Below, one piece after another: positions 20,593 through 31,757 of a stretch of DNA of 64,000 nucleotides. Position numbers and translations under genes: made by a program. The notes under the pieces are model-generated. The model made no database searches, had not been told where the DNA came from, and was given only the letters and a program-made list of their open reading frames with translations. The stretch is from an uncultured bacterium. GTDB lineage: Bacteria > Babelota > Babeliae > Babelales > JACPOV01. The stretch lies in contig CAVUUR010000009.1 in assembly GCA_963744715.1 (NCBI GenBank), positions 1-64,000 of the forward strand. The letters are read 5' to 3'. How positions within the stretch are numbered: position 1 is the first letter of the stretch; each line of letters starts with the position of its first letter.

Positions 20593-22449
20593 ATGGATAT
20601 GAGCAATCATCATAAGTATGATTTCGATGTTATTGTTGTTGGTGGTGGCCATGCAGGTATAGAAGCTGCATATGCGGCAGCCCGCATGGGTTCAAAAACG
20701 CTCATGATAACACTCAATATAGATAAAATTGGATTTATGCCGTGTAATCCGGCTATTGGCGGTGTGGGTAAGGGCCATATTGTTTTTGAAATTAGTGCAT
20801 TAGGTGGCCTTATGCCGCAATTGTGTACTAAAACATACTTACAAGCCCGTATGCTTAATACGAGCAAAGGTCCTGCCGTACAGGGATTACGATTACAAAT
20901 TGATAAACACGCATACAATAAACTGAGTAAAGAAACACTAGAACATACCGAAAATCTTACGTTAACTATGGGTATGGTTGAATCATTTATTCTGGAAAAC
21001 AACCAAGTACGAGGTGTTATAACGCGTGAAGGCGCCACGTATACTTCTGCTACCGTAATATTAACTACGGGAACTTTTTTAAATGGACTTATCCACATAG
21101 GACAAACAAATTATACAGCTGGTAGGCAGGGGGATGAGGCAGTTGTTAATCTTTCGCATGCATTACGTAACCTTGGCTTGCGTATGGGAAGACTTAAAAC
21201 AGGAACGCCCCCACGGTTACTTCGCTCAAGTATAGATTTTTCAAGATTAACGTATCAGGAGCCGGATAATCTTTCGTATCTTTTTGAATTTTATCCTCAT
21301 AATGTGCAAAACACTCATGCATGTTATATTACGCATACTAATGAAAAAACTCATGAAATTATTAAGAGAAATCTTCATTTGTCACCGATGTATAATGGTA
21401 ATATAAAAGGAACAGGTCCTCGATATTGTCCTTCCATTGAAGATAAAATTGCACGGTTTCCGGAAAAAACATCCCATCATGTTTTTGTTGAGCCAGAAAG
21501 TGCTTCAAGTGAAGAAATTTATCCTAACGGAATTTCAACATCATTACCGTTTGAAGTACAAAAACAATATGTGAGAACTATTGTTGGATTTGAAGAGGCA
21601 ATTATTGTGCGTGCTGGTTATGCGGTTGAATATGATTTTGTATTACCGGATCAACTTCACCATTGGCTCGAAACAAAACAGATACAAGGGCTTTTTTTGG
21701 CTGGGCAAATTAATGGTACTACCGGATATGAGGAAGCTGCCGGACAAGGAATTATTGCAGGAATCAATGCACATTTGAAGGCACGTAATCAAGAGCCATT
21801 TATTGTATCTCGCCATGAAGGATACATAGGGGTAATGATTGATGATCTGGTTACCTTGAGCGTTGATGAACCGTACCGCATGTTTACTTCTCGGGCAGAA
21901 CGCAGATTGTCATTACGGCAAGATAACACGCATCAGCGACTTGCACAGAAAAGTTACCAATATGGATTAATTAAACAAAAGTTATACGAAGATATAAAGC
22001 AAGAAAAAGAACTAACGCAATATTTTATTACCGAATTGCGTTCTGGTAAGAACAATGAATTATTATTTAATTTATTGGGAAGAGATGACGCTAATATTAG
22101 TCGATTGCATTCATTAACAGAAAATAAGTTTAGTGATCGTGCTGTCCTATCCATGTGGGCAGATATCCGCTATGAGCCTTATTTAAAACGCGATGAACGT
22201 GAAATTGAAAAAGCTCAACAGTTACAAGAACTTATTATTCCAGCGTCGCTTGAATTTATTCGTATACCCGGGTTGTCCAAAGAATTACAAGAAAAATTGT
22301 CTAAACATAAACCGCACACTATTGCTCAAGCTGCACTTATTCCTGGGATGACACCAGCTGCAATAGCGGTTTTAATTTTTAAAATAAGAGAAATAAAAAA
22401 TACGCAAAGTGATCATAGCGTAAAAAAAGATTATAAGGAAAATACATGA
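20593..22449 (+). CDS. mnmG: tRNA uridine-5-carboxymethylaminomethyl modification enzyme MnmG
   Basis: VGGGHAGIEAA, MPCNPAIGG, KTGTPPR, GPRYCPSIEDK, GQINGTTGYEEAA. Confidence 0.98.
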   Translation: MDMSNHHKYDFDVIVVGGGHAGIEAAYAAARMGSKTLMITLNIDKIGFMPCNPAIGGVGKGHIVFEISALGGLMPQLCTKTYLQARMLNTSKGPAVQGLRLQIDKHAYNKLSKETLEHTENLTLTMGMVESFILENNQVRGVITREGATYTSATVILTTGTFLNGLIHIGQTNYTAGRQGDEAVVNLSHALRNLGLRMGRLKTGTPPRLLRSSIDFSRLTYQEPDNLSYLFEFYPHNVQNTHACYITHTNEKTHEIIKRNLHLSPMYNGNIKGTGPRYCPSIEDKIARFPEKTSHHVFVEPESASSEEIYPNGISTSLPFEVQKQYVRTIVGFEEAIIVRAGYAVEYDFVLPDQLHHWLETKQIQGLFLAGQINGTTGYEEAAGQGIIAGINAHLKARNQEPFIVSRHEGYIGVMIDDLVTLSVDEPYRMFTSRAERRLSLRQDNTHQRLAQKSYQYGLIKQKLYEDIKQEKELTQYFITELRSGKNNELLFNLLGRDDANISRLHSLTENKFSDRAVLSMWADIRYEPYLKRDEREIEKAQQLQELIIPASLEFIRIPGLSKELQEKLSKHKPHTIAQAALIPGMTPAAIAVLIFKIREIKNTQSDHSVKKDYKENT

Positions 22450-23246
22450 AAACTTGGGTTGTTGCTACTACCTTTATTTTTTTAGGAAGTTGTTTATTTT
22501 TTTTACACCGATCTAAGTTGCCCTTTAGATTGTTTTCCTGCCAAACGGAATTGGCTTGTGCAAAAAAGATAAACGTACCGAACGCTTCTTGTATGCAAGA
22601 TACTTGTGGCGGCGGAAAAAATAATGTATCCCATGAACAAAGGCAATTGATTGTTAAAAAGCAAGAACCTGTTAATGATGAAAAAAAATCGTTATTAGCA
22701 AAAAATAATACCACTGCCGAAGGATTTGATGATAGTTCAAATGCTCTCGAATTAATGACAAAAGAATTTGATATAAAAAAAGAAAAAAATAGTTCATGCC
22801 GTGGACAACAAAAAAAATATCAAAAGAAAAAAACCATTGTACTTGAAAAATCTAAATCAAGAAACCCTGAAGCCGCTGCTCAAAAAAAATTAGAACAACA
22901 TACGGTGGTGGCTGATAATAAAGAAGTTGTTTCCGCAGAATCTCGCATTATTACCATCCGCAATCGCGTATCACCGGAAATGACGGCGTATAAACATTGG
23001 ACTGGCACCTATACACCTTCCTTAAAAGTTTTTATTAATGAAACAGAATTATCTCAGAATCAAGAAAAAAAATTGACGGTGGCACAAAATAAAATAACGA
23101 TAGGCTATCATTATGATTTTATGAAAGGTATTCGTAAAGGTGGTGACAATATTTCTATAGATATTCCCGCCCAAGGAAATACTTTTGATATTAATTTTTC
23201 ATGGGATAGCAAGCCACGCATTACGCTTTCTTCAGTTTCAGTATAA
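22446..23246 (+). CDS. membrane-anchored hypothetical protein
   Basis: ATGA overlap with mnmG; N-terminal TM, charged linker, beta-rich C-terminal domain. Confidence 0.7.
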   Translation: MKTWVVATTFIFLGSCLFFLHRSKLPFRLFSCQTELACAKKINVPNASCMQDTCGGGKNNVSHEQRQLIVKKQEPVNDEKKSLLAKNNTTAEGFDDSSNALELMTKEFDIKKEKNSSCRGQQKKYQKKKTIVLEKSKSRNPEAAAQKKLEQHTVVADNKEVVSAESRIITIRNRVSPEMTAYKHWTGTYTPSLKVFINETELSQNQEKKLTVAQNKITIGYHYDFMKGIRKGGDNISIDIPAQGNTFDINFSWDSKPRITLSSVSV

Positions 23247-23250
23247 TTTT

Positions 23251-23292
23251 TTTTAATGGGATATAGTATTTTGGTGCCATATCCCATTAAAA
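23251..23292. terminator. bidirectional terminator
   Basis: ttttaatgggatat / atatcccattaaaa inverted repeat between convergent genes. Confidence 0.7.
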
Positions 23293-23321
23293 TTTGTTAA
23301 AAAATATTAAATCAAAAAAAA

Positions 23322-24740
23322 TTAAAATTCACCGCCTATGGTAAGCCAGATAGCCCATTGATCGAAGGCATTTCTTGCGGCAAATTCATACGAGCCACCT
23401 ATACCAAATAATCCTGAAAATCTTTCACCTTCAATAGTATAGCCAATGTCTGCATAAATTGTTTGACTAAGCGAGGATGGCTGAGCTCCTGATTGCAAAT
23501 TGATATCAGCATTGGTCAAGAAGGTGAATACGGGATCAGAAACGGTAGCATTAGGGCCTACGGCTGATTGCGATATATTTGCGGTACTTGCGGAGGTAAC
23601 GGGTGTTGAACATAACGCTAATGTTTGTATGCCGAAAGTGTTTTCTGGGATTAAACCCTTTCGAGCAATTTTTTCTTTTTGTCTCCACCAAAAATCATAG
23701 CCAATTTCAAAATTCCATGCGCAACGTTCGTAATGCAGTGCGCACCAAATATCAATAGTACTTCCTTGCGTAACTTTAGCTGGTAAAGTAAAAAGGTTAA
23801 TTCCTGGAAGTGAAAACAAAGGTGCACATTGTTCTACTACCAGTAGATAGCGTGACCAATCGCCATTATTGAGTAAATCAAATGAGCGGCGTTCAGTAGT
23901 TGAAAAAATATACAGATATTTGACATCAGCTAATATATTAACACGTTGTTGTACACCATCAGAATAGAGGGTGTAATCTCCATTAAACCCTGCACCAAAG
24001 CTTGGTTGTTTTGATCCTATGAGTGGCTCAAAAAGATAATGTGCTCTATCGCCTTTGCCCGTTGGAGCTGTTGCAACTAAATAGGCTGTTGCATGATTGC
24101 AATCTTCTTCTAGATAAAAATCATAGCCTAATTTTAATTGTATATCATCAAGACCATTTAAGGTGCGAGCATGACAACTTAATTTACCGTACTTCCATGC
24201 GGGATTATTAAATGCATCACAAGCATTCGCAAAACCGGGAAGTATACCGTTTTGCGTGCGATGTAATTCTTTTAATTCTAAATTATGACTTACATGCATA
24301 AAAGCAGTATTAAGACCAAACCACAACTGTTTGCATAAATCAACGTAAAACGTGAATAAAATTCCTGCAACTTTTCTTTCAGGCCTGATGCACACCGTTG
24401 AAGTATAATTTGTACCTAAAGGGGCTATAAGGTTAAGCCATAAAGGATCAACATCCCCATTGCCAGCTTGATCTAAAGAAATACATTTTTTATTTTTTGG
24501 TAAAAAATAACGCGCTAAATCTTTTTTGTTTGTGGATGCCATAAAGAAAGGTCTGACGTAGCTTTGAATATTTGAGCAATTTTCTAAGTGATAGCGACGA
24601 TAGTTTACTAAGGACAACTCAAATAATGAATCAGTTGTTACGGAGCGCGGTATAAAAATGCTGTGGCTATGAGCGTTGATTAAAGAACTACTACAGAGTT
24701 GAATTAAGAGTAAGCACAATATTTTTTTGAATAACTTCAT
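23322..24740 (-). CDS. putative outer-membrane beta-barrel protein
   Basis: Signal peptide; alternating amphipathic strands; C-terminal WAIWLTIGGEF ending in Phe. Confidence 0.65.
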   Translation of the reverse strand: MKLFKKILCLLLIQLCSSSLINAHSHSIFIPRSVTTDSLFELSLVNYRRYHLENCSNIQSYVRPFFMASTNKKDLARYFLPKNKKCISLDQAGNGDVDPLWLNLIAPLGTNYTSTVCIRPERKVAGILFTFYVDLCKQLWFGLNTAFMHVSHNLELKELHRTQNGILPGFANACDAFNNPAWKYGKLSCHARTLNGLDDIQLKLGYDFYLEEDCNHATAYLVATAPTGKGDRAHYLFEPLIGSKQPSFGAGFNGDYTLYSDGVQQRVNILADVKYLYIFSTTERRSFDLLNNGDWSRYLLVVEQCAPLFSLPGINLFTLPAKVTQGSTIDIWCALHYERCAWNFEIGYDFWWRQKEKIARKGLIPENTFGIQTLALCSTPVTSASTANISQSAVGPNATVSDPVFTFLTNADINLQSGAQPSSLSQTIYADIGYTIEGERFSGLFGIGGSYEFAARNAFDQWAIWLTIGGEF

Positions 24741-24755
24741 TTTCTAACCCTTTTT

Positions 24756-26567
24756 TTAAATGAGTGAACAATAATTTATTATAATTGCCATGCTAATTGG
24801 GCTAATAGCTGCAGAAGTAGTTGAGAGATTAAGGGTAAACGGTGATGTATCTCCCGGTGTCCCGCCCGTATTGTTAAGATTAGTTGCGGTAGCACTAATA
24901 AACGCAGTAGCAGGAATTAATGGTAACGGCACGGTAAATACTTGTTGCACCGTTGTGCCTGAGGGAACCGAAGGAATTGCGCCAATAAAACGTTGGCCTT
25001 CAGTAATAGGATTGCGGTTGGTGTTATTAGTAAAAAATTCGAGCCTAAAGTTGCTTGCTGCAGGCGTTGTGGGTGCGGTAGCTTTCACGATAACGTTATT
25101 ATTAATTGGATCAAGTAAAGCACTTATTAAAATAGGAGGGATTTGTAAATTATTACCACCCGTTTGTAGCTCAATACCATTCGATTTATTTAAAAAAATA
25201 GAATTTTCTAGAATCGGATTAAGATCATCCTGACTTATGTTATCGCCCTGCACAAATACCCCAAATTGATCCCCTGAAACGGCTTGTCCATTAAAACAAA
25301 TAATATTTTTATCGCCTGGATTTGTTCCGCCGACCGCATTATTAAAACAGGGGCCTGATCCTGCAAGAGTGACTAACGGTTGAGCGAAGGTGAAGCCGAA
25401 TCCATTGAAAGATTGAATAAGGATACCACTATTACCATTACCCAAATTAAGAGTTCCTGTTTTGTCAGTGCCAATAAAATTACCGGTAATGGTACTATTG
25501 GTTATATTTTCTTGTAATGCAATACCATTAAAGGTGCTTGCAGAAATAACATTACCTTGAATGCTAGTTCCATCGACTGGAGCAATGGTTGAGTTACCCG
25601 CTGCAAGAATCGCAAGATCATTGGGAAGTGGTAAGGTTCCTGTCACATCAACACCAATAAGATTATTTTGAATAACCGTAGCAAAAACATTTTCCTGTAA
25701 TGCGATACCAACTATTCCCGTACCATTTGCATTTCCCGAAATCAAATTACCTTCTTGCGCCGATGGTCCGCCGATAATAGTGCCGGTACAACGTTCTGTA
25801 GGTAGTGGCGTTAATGAACCCTGCACTAATATTCCGGCTGCATTGTTAGGAATTGCCAGTGTTCCCGTTATATCGGTTCCTATATAGTTGTTTTGAATGA
25901 CCGTGGAATTAGTATTTTTTAATAGGTAAAGTCCAAGTCCCGTATTACCAGAAATTAAATTTCGTTGGCCGAGATTAGGACCGCCTATGATATTATTGTT
26001 ACTCGAATCATTAGTAAATGCATTGACTCTCATACCATTTCTATTGGGAGCAGCAATGGTTCCTGTGACGTCAGTTCCTATAAAACATCCATACACTGCA
26101 TTATTATTTGCTCCAATTGCTCCATTGTCAGTAATAAGAATTCCCAATTGTTGCGATTTAGATGCATTATTAAGAACAAAACCCTGAATGATACAATTAT
26201 CAGTAGCACTTATCGTCAACATGCCGGTTACAACTCCCGGTGCTGGCAACGATGAACCATCAATAACGATGACAGGGCTGTTGGGAGCCCATCCGGCTTG
26301 TGATGTTCCATCCACGGTTGTATTGGGGACAACAATAAGATCAAAAAACGTCAAAGGAGTGATAACAAAAGGCGGTGTTCCTGGAATTGCAAAATTAATA
26401 AGTCTCGTTGGCCCTGCGTCGGCATTTGCATCGATTATTGCTTGTCGTAAAGATCCTGCGCCACTATCATTAGTATTGATTACCGTATGCGTTGCAGCAT
26501 CGGTTGATCGACTGTGAACCATGGTTAAGAAAATAACTATAGGTAAAATGTGCAATTTTTTTTCCAA
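24756..26567 (-). CDS. secreted parallel beta-helix (adhesin-like) protein
   Basis: VINTNDSGAGSLRQAIIDAN start; repeated IQNNYIGTDITGT / NLISGN units; RLEFF...EGQRFIG C-terminal domain; TTG start with RBS. Confidence 0.8.
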   Translation of the reverse strand: MEKKLHILPIVIFLTMVHSRSTDAATHTVINTNDSGAGSLRQAIIDANADAGPTRLINFAIPGTPPFVITPLTFFDLIVVPNTTVDGTSQAGWAPNSPVIVIDGSSLPAPGVVTGMLTISATDNCIIQGFVLNNASKSQQLGILITDNGAIGANNNAVYGCFIGTDVTGTIAAPNRNGMRVNAFTNDSSNNNIIGGPNLGQRNLISGNTGLGLYLLKNTNSTVIQNNYIGTDITGTLAIPNNAAGILVQGSLTPLPTERCTGTIIGGPSAQEGNLISGNANGTGIVGIALQENVFATVIQNNLIGVDVTGTLPLPNDLAILAAGNSTIAPVDGTSIQGNVISASTFNGIALQENITNSTITGNFIGTDKTGTLNLGNGNSGILIQSFNGFGFTFAQPLVTLAGSGPCFNNAVGGTNPGDKNIICFNGQAVSGDQFGVFVQGDNISQDDLNPILENSIFLNKSNGIELQTGGNNLQIPPILISALLDPINNNVIVKATAPTTPAASNFRLEFFTNNTNRNPITEGQRFIGAIPSVPSGTTVQQVFTVPLPLIPATAFISATATNLNNTGGTPGDTSPFTLNLSTTSAAISPISMAIIINYCSLI

Positions 26568-26707
26568 AAAGCTACTCCTTTTTTTATAAAAATAATTATT
26601 GTATTCACATTCTATCTACTGTTCATAATATATTGATAGATTCTGATAATAATTTTTTAAAAAAAAATCAGGAAAAAAAATCAGACGTTTATTGATATTG
26701 TTTTGTC

Positions 26708-27376
26708 CTAATGGGTTAAAAAGTGGATAATGCGATCATCAGGTTTTATTAATGAACTTAATTTGTAGGTAAGGTCATTGGATTCTTGCAGCAAATATTT
26801 ACTTAATAGTTCATAGGTATTACTAATACGGGTAAGTAAATCCTTTTTCAATACCGTTACATTGTATTTTCTAACTACCAACATATCGACAATACGCTTA
26901 AATGTTCTTAGAATATGTTCAATTTCAGCATATAAATGTTCATCAGTTTTTAGTAAATAATAAAAATCTTGGTCTTGTAAATGTGGCAAGCGCATGATAT
27001 CGATGTTGCCAATATAATAATGCATGGTTGATTTATTCAAATCTATTTCTTTGCAGCACACTTTTCGTAATTCTTGTAATTCATTGTTGAGTACTATAGC
27101 AATACGCAATATTCGTTCCGGTTTAATAATGTGTTTATGGGTTATATATTTGTCATATTGTATAGATGCAACAACAAGAAAAGCTGAAGACGCAACCGTT
27201 CCTAAGAAACATCCCTGCCAAAAATTATCAATCATAGCGTTACGATCAATAAAATCAGGAGTAGGTAATGAATTAAGGTTTTTCATAAATACGTATAGTG
27301 CTTCAAATCGATTTGCTTGCAAAGGTTCGATACATAACATGGTAACTAATAACAAAAGATAACTATGGCGTTGCAT
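26708..27376 (-). CDS. hypothetical protein with signal peptide and one TM
   Basis: 222 aa ORF with RBS. Confidence 0.65.
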   Translation of the reverse strand: MQRHSYLLLLVTMLCIEPLQANRFEALYVFMKNLNSLPTPDFIDRNAMIDNFWQGCFLGTVASSAFLVVASIQYDKYITHKHIIKPERILRIAIVLNNELQELRKVCCKEIDLNKSTMHYYIGNIDIMRLPHLQDQDFYYLLKTDEHLYAEIEHILRTFKRIVDMLVVRKYNVTVLKKDLLTRISNTYELLSKYLLQESNDLTYKLSSLIKPDDRIIHFLTH

Positions 27377-27474
27377 GACTGTCCTTATCGCGTAAATAGG
27401 CTCGTTAAAAAAATCAAATCGGAGTATAGGGTACCATATATTGGCAAAATGTCTTTATAAAAAAAGAAGTCGTA

Positions 27475-28218
27475 TTAGGAAAGCTTATTCAGGGAGTGAA
27501 TGATAGTATAAAGTTCATCAGGATTATCGATGAGATATTCCGGCGATAGCTGCTTGAGTAAGGTGCTGCTGTTATAACCCCATGTAACCGCAATAATTTT
27601 TAAGGAACTTTTTTGAGCAGCTTGGATGTCTCGTGCTTCATCACCAACATACAGTGCTTGATTGGGATAAATGTGTAATTGTTTAATGATTTTTTTTAAT
27701 AATATATCTTTGCCAAAAAAATAACGGGCACAGTAAACGAAATCAAAAATCTCAAGTTTATTATTTTTTAAAAAAAGACGTATGTTTTTCTCATTATTTG
27801 AGCTAACAATGCCTAAATGATAACCATCCTGATTTAGTTTTTCAAGAATGGGAATTATGCCATCATACGGTTTTATTGAACAAATTTCTGTATACATATC
27901 TGATTGAACGTCTTTTATGATAAAAGGAATTTTCAAGAGGGAAAAATTAAGCTCCTGCGCTATTTCATGAACATGCATGGTTTTAAATCGTTCATAATCA
28001 TCATTGGAGACTTTTTTATAGCCATATTTATGAGCATGATTATTAATAATGGTGAGCAGTAGTGCATGAGTGTCAGCAATAGTACCATCAAAATCAAAAA
28101 TAATAGTTGAAATAGCCCCGAACTCTTTTTTAGGAATTACGGGAGCGGCATAAGTGGAATATTTTATAATAAGTGCTATGGTTATGGCAATGAGTAAAAA
28201 AATAATAACAATATTCAT
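27475..28218 (-). CDS. HAD-family hydrolase (phosphoglycolate phosphatase-like) with N-terminal anchor
   Basis: FDFDGT, VSSN, GK, YVGDE.RD, VTWG. Confidence 0.88.
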   Translation of the reverse strand: MNIVIIFLLIAITIALIIKYSTYAAPVIPKKEFGAISTIIFDFDGTIADTHALLLTIINNHAHKYGYKKVSNDDYERFKTMHVHEIAQELNFSLLKIPFIIKDVQSDMYTEICSIKPYDGIIPILEKLNQDGYHLGIVSSNNEKNIRLFLKNNKLEIFDFVYCARYFFGKDILLKKIIKQLHIYPNQALYVGDEARDIQAAQKSSLKIIAVTWGYNSSTLLKQLSPEYLIDNPDELYTIIHSLNKLS

Positions 28219-28370
28219 CGTTTGAAATGCCTTTTATTTGTAATAATGTGTCAATTTGAGAATATTGTATCATGTTGGCAGTGAGGTTTTCAATAAATTT
28301 GTACTATGCGGTGGTAGGTTTACTAATTTTGAGGGAATTGTGCTTTTTTTTGTGTAACGAAATTGGTTAT

Positions 28371-29714
28371 TTACTCGGTAAATAGCTCAAATAATTGGTA
28401 CACTGATTGAAAACGTTTCATAGTGCAAACAGATTTTTCTATTTTTTGATGCTGTGCAATGAATAGCTGATTTATGCCAAATTTTTGCACTTCATTTAAA
28501 TGTATGCCGATTTGATTAATCGGTTTAATTTGTCCCGTTAAATTCATTTCACCTAAAGCAATAGATTTTTCTGGTAATGGTTTTTGAAAATAGCTTGATA
28601 ATAAGGCTAATGCAATACCAAGGTCAGTCCCACTATCTTTTATTTTAAAGCCACCACTTACTTTAAAGAAAATATCATGCTCGTTAAGCTTAATATGCAG
28701 GTATTTTTCAAGGATTGCAGCCATTAAAATAACTTGCTTAGGATCAAGGCCAGAAATGACGCGTTGTGGCATGCCATATTTAGCCGGGACAATTAATGCT
28801 TGAATTCCAGCAATAAAGGGCGTGATCCTTCAACGTAACTAATAAGAACCGATCCTGGACTGTATGATGCTTGGTCGAGTAATTGTTGATTGATATTAGC
28901 AACTTGTTGCAAACCATATTCATTCATTTCAAAAAAGCCAAGTTCGCCGATAGCACCAAATCTATTTTTAACTGAACGTAAAATTCGCGTTTGCCAACGA
29001 TCTTCACCTTGCAAATAAAAAACACCGTCGACCATATGTTCAAGCATTTTAGGTCCGGCAATGGTTCCTTCTTTAGTAATATGTCCCGTTAAAATAATGG
29101 CAATATTATTTTCTTTGGCGAGTCGCATTAATTTAAAACCGGATTCTCGCAATTGCCCTATACTGCCCGGTAATACTTGTGTATTAGTTGAAAAACAATT
29201 CTGAATTGAATCGATAACCAGCAAATCAGGTTTATGTTGTTCACTTAACGAAATAATTGATTCAAGTTGTGCTTGATCAGAACAAAGAAAAGGATATTGC
29301 AAACATTTAAGTCGTTCAGCACGCAATCGCACTTGTTCGAATGATTCTTCCGATGAAATATAGAGTACTTTTTTAGTAGATGCTAATTGATGAGCAATTT
29401 GTAACAACAACGTTGATTTACCAATGCCCGGATCACCGGTTAATATTAAAAATGAGCCGGTGATAATACCGCCGCCAAGTACTCTATCCCATTCGTCAAT
29501 GCCGGTGAGCATTCTACTGTGGGGTTGAGGTTTTAACGTTGTAAGTGTTGCGAGTGTATTTTCAACGGGTCGGGATGAAGATGATGAAGACACGAGAGAA
29601 GGTGCAACTTTCGCTCACCGTTCCCCATTCTTGGCAGGAAGGGCAATGGCCTACCCATTTAGGTGGACGATAACCACATTGTGCGCAATTAAATTGAATT
29701 TTTTGTTTAGCCAT
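28371..29714 (-). CDS. radA: DNA repair protein RadA/Sms (frameshifted)
   Basis: N-terminal Zn finger CAQCG..W.GHCPSCQEW, GDPGIGKSTL, VIDSIQ, KNRFG, C-terminal Lon-like domain. Confidence 0.93.
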
Positions 29715-29715
29715 A

Positions 29716-30318
29716 TTAGGTGCTCACGTTTTGATCAATAATGTGACAATCGCGACATCGAGCTTGATATTGCTCTTGGGCACCAATAAGAATTAAGGGG
29801 TCATCGTAACGTGCCGGTTTTCCATTGATAAGCCGTTGCGTAAAATGAGCATCCTTGCCACACGGTAAACAAATAGCTTTTAGTTTAGTTACGTGATCAG
29901 CAATTGCCATAAGGGATGGCATACAACCAAACGGATATCCTTTAAAATCGAGATCAAGGCCAGCTACAATAATGCGCTTTCCTGCGTCGATTAATGCACA
30001 AATAATAGGAATAATCTCCGGAGAAAAAAATTGTATTTCGTCGATACCAATAATCTGAACGTTTGAAGTAATATGGGCGTTTAATGCCGAAGGATTATCA
30101 GTTAATAAAGCTTGTAATTGCGAACCGTTATGCGATTGAATATGATCAGTTTCAATGCGCGTATCAAGGCTATGTTTAAATACCAGAACCTTAAGTTTTG
30201 CAAATTGAGCACGTTTGATGCGTCGAATTAATTCTTCGGATTTACCAGAAAACATTGAACCACAAATTACTTCTAACACCCCTTTTGATTTATTATTTAA
30301 TGTGTCAATCATATGCAT
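29716..30318 (-). CDS. tdk: thymidine kinase
   Basis: GSMFSGKS, IDEIQFF, AGLDLDF, CxxC...CxxC. Confidence 0.95.
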   Translation of the reverse strand: MHMIDTLNNKSKGVLEVICGSMFSGKSEELIRRIKRAQFAKLKVLVFKHSLDTRIETDHIQSHNGSQLQALLTDNPSALNAHITSNVQIIGIDEIQFFSPEIIPIICALIDAGKRIIVAGLDLDFKGYPFGCMPSLMAIADHVTKLKAICLPCGKDAHFTQRLINGKPARYDDPLILIGAQEQYQARCRDCHIIDQNVST

Positions 30319-30468
30319 TCTTTCATACTAACTAAGCTCATTATGAAAATATTATTTTTTTGTTATAGTAATTTTTTTTTTTGTTTAGAATAGATAATCA
30401 ATTATTATACCTAAAAATTGCATGATGTATAAAAAATTAATATTAAAGTCTGATTGGTGTGTAACGTT

Positions 30469-31757
30469 ATGAATACTATTGTTGAGCATGAAGCTTCGTG
30501 TATCTCGATTGATCAATCATTAGGATTGCAGGGAGAAGTATCGTTAAGTGGTGCTAAAAATGCTGTTTTGGTTATTATGGCATCATTAATTTTAACGGAA
30601 GGAAAATCTGTTTTAAAAAATGTTCCTAATTCAGTTGATGTACAGCAAATGATATCCGTTCTGCAACATTTGGGAGCATCGGTTGTTTTTTTTCCAGAAA
30701 AAAATCTTCTTGAAATTGATACTACGCTTATTAGAAGTTATCACGTTTCGCCTGAAATTATGAGAAAAATGAGGGCATCGGTATTAGTAATGGGCCCGCT
30801 GCTTGCCCGTTTTTCTAACGTTGAAATAGCATTGCCCGGCGGATGCCTGATCGGTGAACGGCCGATCGATTTTCATATTAAAAATTTTACAAAAATGGGC
30901 GTCGTCTGTGACGTTGAAGGTAATGTGTTACGAGCTCGTGTTGCTACACTCAAGCCGACGCGGTTAGTATTAGAATATCCAAGCGTTGGTGCAACGGAAA
31001 ATATACTTATGGCGGCAACGTTAACCAAAGGGATTACGCGCATTGTTAATGCAGCGCTTGAGCCGGAAGTTCTTGACTTAATTGTCGTATTAAAAAAAAT
31101 GGGAGCGCGCATAGAAATTATTTCCCCGTCCAGCATTGAAATAGAGGGGGTTTCTTTTTGAAACCAATCGAACATACCGTTATGGTTGATCGTTTAGAAG
31201 CAGGATCGTTATTATTAGCGGCTGCGATAACGGGAGGATCTATTTCATTACCGAATGCTTCTGCGCATGATTTGGATGTTTTTTTGTTAAAATTAGAAGA
31301 AATGGGGCACAGCATTGAACGGGGGATAGATGGTTGCGGTATTACGCTGAAAGCTACCAAAAATCCTCAAGCCATCGCATTGCGAACCTCTCCTTATCCG
31401 GGTTTCCCGACCGACTTGCAAGCGCCAATGATGGCCGCATTATGTTTGGCTTCGGGAAAAAGTATTATTCACGAAACGGTATTTGAAAATAGATTTTTAC
31501 ACGTTCGTGAATTACAAAAAATGGGAGCACAAATTAGGGTTGAAGGCAATTACGCCTTTGTTACGGGCGTAGAACATCTTTATGGGGCGCCGGTTATTGC
31601 TACCGATATTCGTGCATCATGTGCGTTGGTCGTTGCTGGTTTAGCCGGACAAGGAACAACCACTATTGCTGGCGTTTCTCATTGGAAAAGAGGATATGAA
31701 GCGCTTGAAAAAAAGTTGAAATCGTTAGGTGCGCACATCGATATTAAAGACCGCTGA
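30469..31757 (+). CDS. murA: UDP-N-acetylglucosamine 1-carboxyvinyltransferase (one frameshift near 31155)
   Basis: GAKNA, MRAS, LPGGCLIGERP, SVGATEN, PYPGFPTDLQ, FENRF. Confidence 0.95.

Noticed and set aside
24790..26517. Plus-strand ORFs opposite the beta-helix gene
   Set aside because: Antisense shadows produced by biased codon usage; no RBS or motifs.
31150..31165. Programmed frameshift in murA
   Set aside because: Falls in a T-rich tract in an indel-prone assembly; no stimulatory structure seen.
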